Shown here in pieces: positions 47,501-61,788 of a stretch of 64,000 bases of DNA (within the stretch, counting starts at the first letter, position 1; the number at the start of each line of letters is the position of its first letter). Below the pieces are notes generated by a model. That model ran no database searches, was not told the DNA's origin, and was given only the letters and a program-made list of their open reading frames with translations. The DNA comes from Daphnia carinata (Eukaryota), in NCBI RefSeq assembly GCF_022539665.2, contig NC_081331.1, positions 13,082,001 to 13,146,000 of the forward strand, read 5' to 3'. Position numbers and translations under genes: made by a program.

Positions 47501-50500
47501 AATCAAGAGCATAGGACGGCAACCTTGGCGCATTTCGCCTTCCCCTCCGCTTGAGCCATATAAGCGAAGGGGGGAAACACGTCATCCGCGTCGGCGTTAG
47601 GTGGCTCATTGGGTATAACGCTATAGCATAAGGTAGGGAACAGACAGGAGATCACTCACCGATCGACTTGATCGGCTCCTGTCAGTTCCTATCAAGACGT
47701 CAAAAGCGCTCTCATCAGTTGAAAGCCTCCCTTCTTTTTTTTTTTTTCATTTTCGAACTAGCACCGAACGACGTCGTCGATGGCGACCAATATTGCCAAA
47801 CAGATACGCAGAGAAAACAAACAACAAGCGTCTCACGTCAAAGCAAAAAGAAAAAAAAAAGCAGTTCTAGTTTTTCACCTATTTTAAAACGTGAAAGAAG
47901 AAAAGAGAAAAAAAAAAAAAAGACGTGACGGCCTATTTCGCTAAATCACGACGGTGTGGAGGAAGGGATTATCGTTCGTTTTGAGTCAAGAGGAATTTTT
48001 GGAGACGATTCTCGAGAGATGACGGACAAAAAAAAAAAAAAAAAGAGATGATGGCATCGTATTGAAGAAACGGACATTCACGCAGCGCAGTTGGTATCGA
48101 AGCCCTCGGGGCTGCTTGCGGTCATTTGCATCAGGAAGTGAACGCAACAGCGCCGTATGGGCAACGCGTGCGTTTCGACCATCAAAGCAAACGACGCCCT
48201 GAAAAAAAAAAAATCCATGGAGATGCCGTCTCCGACTATTCGACGCCAAACCCGAATTTAAAAAAAATCTTTTTCTAAATAAATAAATTTTAAAAAAAAA
48301 AAAGAAGGAGAAGAAAAGAGATGACACAAGATGGTAATACAACAACTTTCTTTTAATAGAGAAAAAAAAAAAAGCCGGGCGAGACTGACGAGGCGTAACC
48401 AACTTCAAACCGACATCATTAACGCCCAGCCCCGACGTGCGGGACATGAGCGAAAGCGGCCTCGTCCCCAAACACAAAACCCATATCCATATTATACCAT
48501 CAACTCTCAAAACAACAGTGGAAAGATAAATAAATAAATAATTGAAGAACAAAAGTATTTGCTACATGAAGAAAAAAAAAGAAAAAGATCACGTCTCGTT
48601 GGCGGCGTTTTCCAACATATCATTCACCCATTAGACAAAAGAAAAAAAAAAATTTCAACAACGAAATGTGGTACGATAGGACAAGGACAACAACCCCCCC
48701 TCAGAAAAAAAACAAACAAACATAACGACAATAAAAAACACGATTTAGATGCCGAGTCCGATCGAGATAATGGTATACATAAGGAATAGAAAGTTACGAT
48801 CCGTACTATAGGTGTACGTTCGATCACGATATGTTGGTTCGTTCAGTGGGAACTTAACTATGTTGTTCTGTTTTTTTTTTTTTCTCTCATTTTCTCGGCA
48901 AACAGCTCGCGCCATTCTCAAATTGAAAAATTCAAGCTCTCGGATCCTTAAACAAATAAAGAATTCAGGCCTTGGTTCTTTTCCGATTTCCTTTTTTCTT
49001 TTTGATTGGGCCATGAAACGGACATTTCATGTGTCGTTCCATTGATTATGAATCGATCGGTATAGACCCTTGTACTATTGTCTATTCCCCTCATTTTTTT
49101 TTTTTTTTCTCTTTCTCTTTTTTTTTTTATAACCAGAGAATGGGTCCGCAAAAGACCTCACAAACAAGTCCGTCCATTGCTTTTTTTTTTCTATAAGCAG
49201 TTCTGGGAAAATAGGAAAAAAAATAACATTTTCGATGATGAATATGTAACACATACCCAGCACAGCGTGGGGTAGTGGTTGAAGGGAATGAGGGACGAGA
49301 GGGAGTCATCAAAGCAAAAGAGAAAAAAAAAAGGGCCATTCTGATACATTTAAGGGGTGTGTGCGCACACTCGCGTGGGGGTATGTTTGGGCCAGCTGTG
49401 GGCAAGTGGCGAACGCAGACGAAATCGATCCCTCATCTTTTCCGTCCGCTGTTTCGGCCCCTAAGTTACGATAGGCGTCCGCGTTCCAGGACCAGCGGGT
49501 TGACCGCGAAATAAATAAATAAGGTGGATGTTTTTTGGGGTTTAAGCACCCGGTGCATAAATGGGGTTCCTTCAGTTAAAAAAAAAAAAAAAAAAGAGGC
49601 AGGTCACAAGCACAGAGATATTGGTTGGTTGTTTTGACTGAGAGAGAGAGAGAGAGGAGCCTCGGATCGTTGCGCGATGTAATCAAGTCCGCGTGTTGTT
49701 GCTTATTGAAAGAAGAAAAAAAAAGCCCTGGCGCAAAAATACAAAACAGGCCACATCTTCCTTGTTCTGGTTTGTTTCTTCAACCGGTATTTGAAAAACA
49801 TTGTACATAGGGAACAAGAGGGGAGGGTGTGCCTCCCTTTTGGCCCTCAAAAGTGGCATTCGCATGCGTACGTGTATACATAATAGACGGGGAATAAGAG
49901 ACAGCGAGACCCTTCGGGTCAGGTTGTAAACATGCCCCCCTGCAAGAAGAGCTGTTGTGACTGGCCTCAATTGAAATCGCATGGTTGTTGTTGTTGTTAT
50001 TTTTTTGTTCCTTAAAATATATATATACATATTTTTTTTTTTTATGCTGGTATTTTATAGTAGTGATAGCATCGACCAAAAGTCGACTTCATCAAAATGC
50101 GTTCTATACACACACGAACCATTTAAACTTTTAATATATATATATATTTGTGCGTGCCATTTGAGTTTTATGTTCCCCTCGAGTCTTTGAAAATGAGAGT
50201 AGCCCGATCGGCCACAGTTTTTTTTTTATTAGAGTACAGCAAAAATGTACGGTAAGGTATCGGCCATGAGCCGTTTGAAAAAAAAAAAAAAAAAAAAAAA
50301 AGGAAACCGGAACGGGGAGGGTTCTCATCCCTTTTTGACCTTCCTTCTTCACTACATATCTTAACTTTGCCTTCCCCATGTTTTTATGACCACCGGAATT
50401 CCAAGCATTTTCAACGGTAAAAAACGAAAAACAAAAAAAGGGCAAAATTTGTAGAAAGCATAAACCTTAAAGCACATACCATTCGATACCACAATACATC

Positions 50501-53500
50501 CGTTCAACAATTTTTATCAACATTAAAAAAAAATAGTTTTAGTTTACCTACGCGTTGTTAGATGGCGCAAAATTTGGTTACTTTAACAAAAACTCTCTTT
50601 AGATGGCGTAATGCGACGGCGAAAGAAAAGCACGGATCTACGTTTTGCTTTTTTTTTTTTTTTAAATGTGGGTTACTGGGAAGCGGACGAGAGACAGACG
50701 GGCTTGGTAACTTTAGAACTAGAAACTGCGTAACAGACGCTTTTCCTGGTAATAGCTGCAGAAGTTTACAAAATGTGCTTCGATAATAAAAAAAAAGGGA
50801 CTCTGGTGACCTCGACTTGTACATTTTGTTTAAAATCAATAGTCTGACAGGGCATAGTATGATACGGTTTTAAAGGCCAAAGAAAAAAATACGAAAAATT
50901 GCGCCTTTTTAAGTACCTTTCTAGTACCTTAAGCAATTCTTTTTGAAAACGTCAACATATCAATCGCTAGATGGCGAAAAATGATTTTTTTAAATTAACG
51001 ATTGCGACCGCTAGATGGCAGCTGTAAGAGCGGGGGAGACGAAGAAAAAGAACAAACAAACACACGAAAGTCTATTTGGCAGGCACTGTTGAGATCATCT
51101 TGCCTGTTTCCCCCTTCTTCTGACACTGTAAAAGAAGTTTTCCCTATTTTCCTTGTTCATCGTATTTGTTTGTATACGTTGTCCACAAAAAGCTTGTCAC
51201 GACCTGTTCTTTCCATACCCCCTCCAACCCAAAAAAAAAAAAAAAAAAGAACATATAGCAAAGTGAACGAGGGAACAGATGAGGACCAGACACGAAACGT
51301 CTCGCCCGACAGCAAGGAAAATGAAAAACGTATTCGATTACAAACAGACATAAATACATACAAACATACACATCGGACAAGATTCAGGAGCATGAGAAAG
51401 AAAAAAAAAATGAATCAACATGCCGAGATGGGCACGAGCATTTCTTTTTCCTCTCAAGTTTTACCAGGGAAAGAGAAAAAGAAGAGCAAGACATGAACGA
51501 GGAAAAATGGTGGATGCTACATTAGCGTCAACATCCAAGATGATAAAGGACGCCAGAAAGCAAAATAGAAAAAAAACAAACAAAAATAATGTTTACCTGG
51601 GTGAAATAGGCGGGCAACACACAGCGCTGGTCGTCCAGCCGACTGGTCTGCATCTTCTCCACAAGGTCTAGTAGTTCGGGCGAAATGATCTTTAAGAACG
51701 AAAAAAAGAAGAAAAAACCAAAAACGGCGTGCAAATGCCGTCATCATCATGAAAACGGAATCAAGGCTAAATTAATGTACACAAATAGAACCATACCAAA
51801 TGATAATTAAAGAATCGTGACCCGTAATAGAAAGAACATTTTACAAAAAAACAAAACAAAACACGGAACAATACGAAAGAAAGCGCTCGGATGCAAAAGA
51901 TTAAAGAAAAAGAGAGCGCTCATTAAATCACGTTGTGTAGACAGTACTTTACTGTTGGCTGTGATGCGCACGAGCAAAAAAGAAAGAAGAATGGTTTCGA
52001 ATATATATATATATAAATAAGAAAAAAGACATCCACGAAATAAACGAGCGCTTGAATCAAACGAAAATGTTTCTTCCACACGCATCGACCCCATTCTCAC
52101 CAATGCCAACCGGTCGTAATAGGCAAAACAAATATGTTTGATAAAGACATCAGAAAAAAAGAGACACCTTTTTTTTTTTTTGGTTTTGCGTTAAACGTCA
52201 ACATTCCAACAGGAAAAGTATAAAGCTGGAAAACGAGGAAGGAAGAATAGCGAAAAAAAAAAGAAAAGAAATGTGTGTCAGTTCTAACACGTTAAAGAGA
52301 AAACAACGTACCTTTGAATTGTCTCGTGAAGTGGAGCCCGGATCCGCTTTCGAGATGGGCGTGACATGATTGCGTCCATACACCAGTGGATCTTCCATGG
52401 TACTGCCACTCCGCCTAGTTTTGCAAAAAAAAAAAAAAAAAAAAAAATTCATATCAAATTATTAATCAACATTTTTTTTAAATACGGATGAATGTGTACA
52501 ATGTGAAAATAAAAAATTTAATATCCATTTTTTTTTTCTTAGAAAAAAAAAAATCCAGGGCATCGCGCATTCCAATATCGTTTTAAAAAATATTTCCTGT
52601 CAAGTGTTTGTTCTAAAAATAGCGCGTCTCTACAATTAGACCCTGGCAGCTGGGCGAAGAGCTCCATTTTCACATTTTTGAAGAGGGGCTTCCTTTTTTA
52701 TTATTATTATTATTATTCCTTTGACTAATATGATGTAAGCTCTCCTTGGGCGCTCGTGTCCCGGCATCCGCTAGTCAAGCAGCTTAATTTGATTGCTATT
52801 TCAGAGAAGCGTAACGCGAATATTCTTGACGATCAAACCGCTAAATCAAATAGCCCGTGATCCAATACACGATCCTCCCCCCCCCCCTCCAAAAAAAAAA
52901 GTGGAGGGGGAGATTCAAGAGGACGCGATAGCATTACATTGTTTGACTGTGACCTAACATGAAAATCGAATCACAGGAAACGGCTGATTGATGTGTATAA
53001 CGTAGGAGACTCGCCACTAAACCACACAGTGTCAGATCGATCCACAGTCTACATACGATATCCATTCACCTTTAGAATTGAACCCCGTCGTGAAAGGTTC
53101 TAAAAAATCAAGAGAAAACAAAGGGAACAAAACAAAAACAAAACAAAAGGCATGTGAAAATTCCAGAAACTTTCCAAACAGGATATGGCGATTAAACGCC
53201 CCGGAACGACATTACGCGAAGGGGGGGGGGGGGGGGGGGCAAAGGAATAAGACGGGACCCGCTGAAAATGCACGTAAAAATTTCAAAAATGACCAAATGA
53301 CACGCGAAAAGGAGGCGAGCCAATTCCCCCCCCCCCTCCCGATTGATTTATTCTTTTGTTTTTATTTCCCCCCCCCCCCACTTGCAACTCACAAAGAATC
53401 CAAATGAAATAGACGAAACAAAAGGCAAAAAACGAACTACCCGTGAGTCATCATTGATCTAAAATGGGCGGGAATAGATTCCAATCTTTTTCGCAGCACC

Positions 53501-54948
53501 TGAGAATCTCCTTCGTACGGTACCGAAATGGAACAAGAAAAAAAAAAAAACACGGAGAAAAAAAAAATATAAGAAAATCCATTAGTGAAACCTAATGACC
53601 GGGTCCGTGAGTGTGTGCGCGTATGTGTGTGCGCGTATGTGCGTGCACGCAACTTTCCCCTCCCGCCCCAGCCACCACCCAGCCCCGCTCATCGGCTGAT
53701 CATTACGTGTTACGACTAGTTAGGACTAAAAAACAATTGCCAGAAAGAGCTTTAGTGGGATTTTGGAAAGAAAAAAAATGTGCCAGATGATGGCCACCAT
53801 CCGGTACTTCCTCGTGCCAGTGGGAACGCGTCAATAGGGAGAAAGAAGAAGGTCACAGGTCACACAAGCCATTGTTTGTTGATGACCTGCGGAGAGAGGG
53901 GGGGGGGGGATTGGACGTGCCTCGACAGGTGATGGCTTTATCAGTTGACATCCTGTCAAAATTCATCCGCTGGATATGACAGTTAATGACAAGCTAAAAA
54001 AAGGAGCTCAGCTCATTGATGACTTCAAAACGATATCACTTTGCATCCGTCAATCGGCCATCTCTTTTTTTTTTTGGCATTGGTAAAAACACGTTTTTGC
54101 ATACCTTCCCACCCACATGGAAGATATTGAAAAATAAGGAAAGATTAACAAAGGAAAAAGAAAAAAGCTATTTTTTACTCGTGTTTTCATTCATCATCGT
54201 GCAACAGTCAAGCGACTCACGACGTCGGGAGGGTCCCAAAAGAGGTGCATGCATAACTTACAAATCGTATGTATATATATATATATATAGGAGGAGAGGC
54301 GGTTTACTTCGTAATCACTCGCTTCATTACTACTCGCTGAACTGAAACAACATGGTAAGGTGGGGGGGCTAAGGTCAACGAGTTAACCCAGTTTCACATG
54401 AATTTTCGTTTCTTTTTCCAGGATCGTACAAAAACACAAATCCGAGCAGGGAAGAGAGAGAAAAAAAAAGGGCGCTGTTTATGCGCAAAAATCATATACG
54501 ATTTCTAGTTATACGCATACATCGTTTTATTTATCTGCAGATCGACGTGAGCATTCGTTGCGCGCATGTTAGAAAAAACGGGCTCTGGTAATTTAACAGC
54601 GTGAGCAGCGTGACGCTACGTTTTGGCTCCAACACTAGACCCCTCTGTTGCGGCCAGTGTACTTTGCATTTATCGGCCGTTTATTCACGAACTCGGAAGG
54701 CTACAAGTTTTCCTTTTTTTTTTTTTTTTTTATTTTAAATCTTTCGTTTTGAATTTATTGATTTAGTTTTTTTTCCCCTCTCTACCTCGTTTTTTTTTTT
54801 TTGTTCTTTAAAGATGATTTCTTTTTGGCATGTTTTCCGCTGACGAGAGAAACTTAAGACATCGATCTGAAATGAAGTGATCCGATTCCGGGGCCAGAAC
54901 CGCACGCACGTCCCTTTCGTGAGATCAACCAAGTAAAAAACGAAAATG

Positions 54949-54980
<32 letters not shown>

Positions 54981-57900
54981 TAAAACATAAAATAAAATAA
55001 AAACGCAATGTCGTATATATAAGCTTTTGTTGTCGCATCACAATGCCATGGACTCTCTTTTTTGGAAAACGACCTGAATATCATCTACCTGCCTTTCCGA
55101 AAAGATAACATTTTTTTCTTGAGGATGGAGGGGGGAATTCAAAATATTTGTCCGCCGCGATAGGGAACCTGTTTTTCATCTACTCGGCAGTTCCCAGCAC
55201 TCATACGCAACCACAAAAATTGGGGAAAACCGGGCCCGATGAGGAAGAGAAATTGTAAAGGTATATAGTTAGTTACAAAGAATAAGATTGATCTTTTTCG
55301 TAGCCTTTGGGGGGATCGAGTGCAGAACATGATTAGCAAAGCCGGGCACGTCTGATGATTTGTTGCTTTATTACGTACGGGGAAAAAGAAACAAAATGCC
55401 AATCTCACGAAGCCCGTCGTACGGTGGCAAAGATTACAAATCAGCTCAGAGGAGCTTGCGGCGTAAATGAAAAGCTCTTTTTGAAGAAATGCCAATCAAT
55501 AAAAAAAGATTGGCTAAAGACTCGATCCACATCACTTTTGCCAGTTCTCCTAATTGGTACCATTGCCATTTTTCGATTGATGCATTCGAGAAGCAAAACA
55601 ACAAGCATTGGCCAAACTGTAGACGAAGTTTGATCGATTCGTTAGACTTAAATTTTGATTTAAAAGCATATGCACAAAAATGTTTGTTTCTCTCTCCGTT
55701 TATCCAGGTGGAAGCTTCGAAAAAGAAAAAGGGTGGTTCGCCTACCGCAAGAGATTCTCTCTACTCCTCTCCTTTAAAAATAATAAATATATATAGGACG
55801 CCACCCAAATTAGCCTAAGCTATCAATACACCAGACAGTCCCGTTTTTTTTGTTTTTGTTTCTTTTTTGGCCCGTCTCCCGCCGCTTACAGCCCCCATCC
55901 GCCGGTTCGGAATTGTCTATAGCACGCGGAGCTCACGAACGCAGCACACGCCGTATACAACGAAAAACATCGGGGATAAAATGCTATGTATATAAAGGGA
56001 AGGCCAGCAGCACGTAGATGGAATAAATGCGAAGGGCAAAACTGGAAAGCGAGAGGAAAAAGAAAAAAAACGTTCTATAGTGATTAAAAGGCCATCACGC
56101 GTTCTCTCGCAGCCTGGCAGCATCTCGCTCTATAGGTATTCGGCGGGAATTTAAATCGAAACAGGTCCGCAGCAGCGCTATAGAGCTTAGAGCTATAGAG
56201 CCAACTTCATCATTCATACAGCCCTCCTCCTCTTCCTGCTCCAAGGCTTCATTTGCATACATAGACCTTCTTTTTTCTTTCCTTTTTTTGTGAAATTCCT
56301 TCTCCCCTCTGCTTTTTGGACTCGTGTCAGACCAGCCTCTCTTCGCTCGACGATCATAAAACGTCCGCTTGGAGATGAAGGGAATTCATCAATCGGTAAA
56401 TAAGAAGAAATTCAGAAGCTTGGAATGTTGTAGAGACCAGGAATGATCACAAAGTTTGGCAGTAGCTAAAACTACTCTTTTTTCTCTCCTAGTAGCTCGT
56501 CAATCTACTGTCCGAACGAATCATTCACGGACTGTTTTTCTTTCATTGGAAGAGCAACTGAATCACGCTCAATTACCGCTATAGAAATATTTACAAATTA
56601 AGTCACGAAGCGCAGCATTTAGAAAAACAATTAAAGTCACGCTTAAACAAATTTCAATTCGAAAATTTTCATTTTTGGTGCTTCGAAAAAAAAAATTGAG
56701 GGAAACGCGTGACGTAACCGTGTCAAACACGAGCAATTAGCGCCTTGTCAAAAGGTGTAGCTTTACCAAGGCTGTCGAAAAAAAAAAAAAAAAAAAAAAA
56801 AAAAAGAAAATTCAAAACAAAAGTGATAACACGATGATGTTGCCTACTTGACACCATTGACGGAAAAATAGGGACAAGGTGCGATTTTTTTCGCTACGGT
56901 CTATTCTCCTCCACCTTCTTTTATTCTTTTTTTTTTTTTTCAACGTAATCACTTGACCTCTTAGAAGGCCCGACCCCGTGTCCTTAATCGCTTGCCCCAT
57001 GGTTGTTCTCTACGTCATCCCGAAAAAAGACTTGACATACAACGTGTGCCTCTCTTCATTTTTCATGAATCGCAAAAGACATTCAAAAGAAGAAAAAAAA
57101 CGGTGGAACTGCTCTATAGTGTAATAGCGTGATGCGGGTCTTTCTCTCTCTCTGGTAAATAATATATTTTTTTTTCTACAATCGTTTCGTGTTATACAAG
57201 ACGCCTAATGGGTATTTAAACGGGGTCCGGGTGTGTGTGTGTGTGTGTGTGTGTATGCCGGCTGCCAGGGGATCGGCACTGGCCCACATAATCTGTCGGT
57301 CGCGCAATCTTTTATCTGCTAAATGGCTCAAGCACGAAAACGATGAAAAATGTACGAATCAATGAACTTTCCCCCCGCCCCGTCAAGACATTCCTCGCTT
57401 CTTTTCGCTGATCTCCACAGCTGATCGAGTACAAGTGATTCTAGAACCAGATAGCATTTCTTTTATATACGCAAAAAAAGAAAGGCACCATTCAACAGGT
57501 GGTGTCATGATTCATATAATGACGCGCCTCTCGGACACTTGGCTCCACTTTCTAGAAAGTTTTTTTTCTTTCTCTCTTTTTGAAATGCTCATTTGCGTAA
57601 ACATACAACACTGACAAAACCTATTTGACCCGTGGGCGAAAAGAAATATAATAATAAAAGGAAAAACTGCAAAGCAAAGTTGAAAGGGTTAAAGAAAATA
57701 AAAAGTACAACGACTTGACATGACTAGAAAAGGTGACCTGATTTCGATATAAACACATGTATAAACGGCCGGAAACCTCAAAACAGTTTAACGACAGTTC
57801 CGGGGGTCTAATTCTTGTTTCGTTCCATTTCTTTTTCTCGCTTTTTCTTCAAAGAAAAATGTCTCAAATTGTTAGCATTGAACACACACACACACACACG

Positions 57901-60900
57901 CATATTCTCTCGCCCGTTAAAAAAACATGGCACACAAAATAAACACCAAACAAAGTCTAGTTTGAATGTTTTTTTTTTTAAATACGAATACACACACACA
58001 CACACATACACTAAAGACGCTATAAAAGGTCAAAGTTGAAAAATGAAATGCCAACAAATCATCTCGTGAAAATGCCCCTATCTTTCATCCTCTTGAATGT
58101 TGGACTCTTTTTTTTTTTTTTTTTTTTTTTTTCTTTCATTCTCTGTGTATAACCGTTTTGGTATTTTTGATTCCGTCAAGTCGATCGTGTCTGGCCCTCC
58201 AAAAAGACTAGGGAAAAAAAGAGAGGATTTGAATATAAATCCTAAAGACTCCTTTTAAGGAGGGGCGGGTGGGATAGAGAGATGGAGGGAAACGTGTGTC
58301 AGTATAGAAAAGGAGATTATGACACACTGGAGGTTCTTTTATGTTATCAAGAGAGCTGTATCGATAGAAAAGGAAGAAAAAGACGAGAGAAAAAAAAAAA
58401 GATGAAGACAAACAAACAGTTTGACTGACTTCATCCCAGTCCAATCTACGCATAACTGATCGATTGGCTTTTCAACCATTTTCCCATCAAACGGCAATAT
58501 GTCGTTATTTTCGAGATGACAAGCTCCAACTTCACGAAAAAAAATAAATGAGAAAAAGTTACAAATAAATTACGAGTTGCGCTCGCGTGTGATCCAATAA
58601 GAAAAAAGAGAAATCACATAAAACAAGTTTTGGTCTCGGCTTGATTAGAAGCGAGCAGATTAGTTTGGTGGGTTCACTAGTCCGTAGCGTGATTTACTAA
58701 GATCGGAACCAATAAAAAAAAAATTTTCTGCTAAATAGGAAAAGAAAAAAAAATCTGCTGCCTTTTTCTTTACAATTAATTCAGTCGGATCCATTTTTCT
58801 ATTACATCTAACCGTACGTGTATCGATTGCGCGCACGAAGATGGGCCGTGTGCCATTTCAATCAGGAGGCGGAGGAAGACGCGCGCGCAAGTTCCGATTG
58901 GCTTTGAAGGAGCCGAGTAATCGATATTCAAATGATAACATACCGACAACAAAATGGGAGGATAGGACGTGTTGTCGATATCTCATTACCAAAAGGAGGG
59001 GAGAAATCCATCATGAAAAGCTTCTTCAATTTCAATCGCCAAGTCGTGATTGATTCCTCCTTTTTTTTGTACCTGGTGGTCTTCCCACTCTTGGGGCCAA
59101 TAAACGGTGCCAAAAGGTGTTGACCCCTGCACGGCCAAATATTTCATCATCATAAAAACAAAACAAAAGAGGAAGATAGATGGCCATATTAAACCGCAAA
59201 GACATAAAAAACGGAAATAAGCCGCAGTTATAGTCTCTTTTCCCCCCGCTCGCTTCTCCAAATCAAAGAAATAAAAGTCTATTAAAAGAGAGTCAGGTAT
59301 CCCTTCATCAAGTATAGAGCAGGGGTTTTATGAAAGCGCACTAAAAAAAAAAAAAAAGAACAAAACAACAAGGGGATAGCGGAAATCAGCTGATGGAGTA
59401 ACATCACGTTCGACAACATAAAGGTATAGGCTCAAACAAATAACAAGACATCACGACTCTCTCTTTTGTACATCTCCCGAAATGGCAACAACCGATGCGA
59501 GTCTCCCTACGTAATAGATATTCATCTGTTTTTGATTATCAATGGATGGTCTCCTCTAATGGGATTGATTTTTTTTTTCCAAATGGCAAATAAAGAAAAA
59601 ACTTCAAGGAAATTGAATGAAACAAGAGAGTCGTACGGAGACCATCACATTCTTCGTACCTCGTTCCATTCCGTGGTTCCGCTCCATTATACACGACACT
59701 CGTTGGATCTTCCTTTTCTTTTCCGTCTTTTTTCAAATATTGTAAATCAATAGAAAAGTATTTTTTTCTTTTTCTTTTTCTTCCCCCCCCCCCCTCTTCC
59801 TTTCAAACAGTTTTTGGCCGACACTGCGCGCGCGCGCGCCGGGCATTCCAACGGGTCGACGAAGGTAAAAAGGAAACAACTTGTAAATAAATGATGTTTT
59901 CAAGAATAAAAAACGGAAAGAAAAAAAGAAAAAGAAAATCTGTCGTGTTTAAAAAACAAAAAACAAAAAAAAAAGAAAAAGAACAAGGCGCTAGCTTTGT
60001 CTAGGGTGTTTGGTTGCTGCTGCCACCGCCCTCTTATTCCTACCGGGTAAGAAAGAGCGTGCGTGATAAGTCTTTCTCTCTCTCTCTCTCTCTCTCTTTT
60101 CCCTCTATTCTTTCTCAGCCCCCCGCGACGCTCTATAATAACCCAGGCATCCTCGTAATCGCAACATCGAACCGTCTTTTTTTTTTTTTTTTTTAAAGAA
60201 AGACTAAGAGACAGACAAGACGTACACATTCAAACAAAATGCCGCAGTGTCTATTGCCGAGGCCGCCTCTGTAACAAATTGTCGTCACGAACCAACCGGA
60301 CACCCCTCAAGGATTGAAAAAAAAATATTCCCCCTTCTCTCTTTCTGAAAAAAAAATCCATCATTTCTTGAGATGAGATGGCGGAATTTAATATATATAT
60401 ATATATTTTTTTTTTTACTCGGTTTGTTTCCTTTCGATTAAGAGGAAATTGCTTGCCAATGACATCCGCGTAGAAAATGACATTCTCACCAGGTTTGAAA
60501 ATGACATTTCCTTATTAATCAGATGAAGCGAACCTACAGATCACGTCATTGCTAAAAAAAGAGGGAACCCATCAGCCCCGTTAGGCGCAGCTCGTCATTT
60601 GTTTTCTTTACTGGGAAGCCCGACACCAATCGAAAATCTTTTGAAATTGCTGGAAGCCGGGACGAGTCTTCACGGCTCCAAAGTTCGCCATCTTTGAATT
60701 GGTGACCTCTTCGACCTACGACCCTCCTCGAAAAAAAAAAACGCTCCAGATGTAAACACCATCAACATTTCTTCGGCTTCTCCTTTTTTTCACAAAAAAA
60801 AAAAGCATTTCAATAATTTTGTGTTTTTTTTTTTTTCTCGCGTTTAAAAGGAAGCGACTGGAGCGCATCTGGTGTTGAAGAGCCGCATCGAATAACGGGT

Positions 60901-61788
60901 CGTCTTAGAAAGATGAAGCTTTGTGTTTATGTATATATACATACAGACACAAGAAATAAACAAGATCAAATCAGCATCTCTCCCTCTTTTTTTTTTTTCT
61001 TTTTCTCTCCATTTTTTTTAACCCCCCCCCCATTCTGTTTTGTCTCTCTCTTGCGCTGTTATCTCTCCGTGCCTGTCTCTTTCTTTTCCGACGGGGGAAA
61101 ATAGAAAGAAAAAAAAATGTTTCCTTGTTAAAAGGCAATGGACAGTCGCAACAGAAAATAGGGAATTCTTTTTCTATTTTCAAAAAAGAAGAAAAAAAAG
61201 GCCATTTTTAAAATTTAAATCTCGCGTATCCATTCTTGACTTGTTTTCATTCTCGCTTGTCACATCATCGAAATTTAGCTACTGGTTGGTCTACAAATCC
61301 TATTCCCAAACTGATATCACAACAAGTTCTAGCGTGAATTTTTCACCTTTCAAATCAGCTTTATTTGACCAGTTAGGAAAAGAAAGATTAATTGATCCCA
61401 TCGCGGATGGTGGGAGGGGGGACCTTCTTGACCAAACAAAAAGAAAAAAGGAGGGAAAAAAAAACAAATGCCAAACTAGATCAGGGACAACTAGTTCTAA
61501 TTAGGGATGAAACGTCGATGGCGGCCATGTTGAACACGTTTTTGTTTGGAGTTTTCGTCCTCATTTATCTTAATCTCGTTTTTGATTCTAAAAAAAAAAA
61601 ATAGAGACTTACCCATCACAGTCGTTATACAATCGGCGATAATTGACGATATTGACGGGTGAAGACGAGGAAGAAGAGGAAGTAGCTCCCGCATTCGGGA
61701 CTAAAGATGAAGCCGGGTTAGTGATGGAGGACGTGGCCTGCCTTCTCATCGTCCCGACGTCCGGCGGCGCCGGGACAATCAAGCGCAT
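31760..61788 (-). CDS. Rap1GAP: Rap1 GTPase-activating protein (Rap1GAP/RapGAP1 family), long GoLoco-containing isoform, 10 coding exons, ~863 aa
   Basis: Phase-consistent exons 61788-61613, 52414-52312, 51689-51597 (GoLoco [17 protein letters not shown]), 44149-43922, 43296-43150 ([10 protein letters not shown]...YRRFFVGK), 37310-37128 (EHQNF), 34450-34212 ([14 protein letters not shown]), 33407-33256 (YRGGLDT...QLQRKRHIG), 33132-32018 ([10 protein letters not shown]...IASHFLH...[14 protein letters not shown]) and 31915-31760 (coiled coil, stop); total 2592 nt. The catalytic Asn-thumb KRHIGND is intact. The two most 5' exons rest on splice signals and phase only, and an acceptor just upstream of 61794 implies further upstream exon(s). 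Confidence 0.9.
45816..45866 (-). CDS. Rap1GAP: Candidate alternative first coding exon of Rap1GAP ([17 protein letters not shown])
   Basis: ATG plus 16 codons ending at a consensus GTAAGT donor in phase 0, matching the phase-0 exon starting at 44149. An Inr-like TCAGTC lies on the minus strand at 46313-46318. Confidence 0.6.
50559..51022 (+). promoter_or_regulatory. Cluster of four co-oriented CTCF-like motifs (core TAGATGGC)
   Basis: TAGATGGCGC at 50559, TAGATGGCG at 50600, CGCTAGATGGCG at 50965 and CCGCTAGATGGCAGC at 51008 resemble the arthropod CTCF core motif. Motif match only. Confidence 0.5.
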
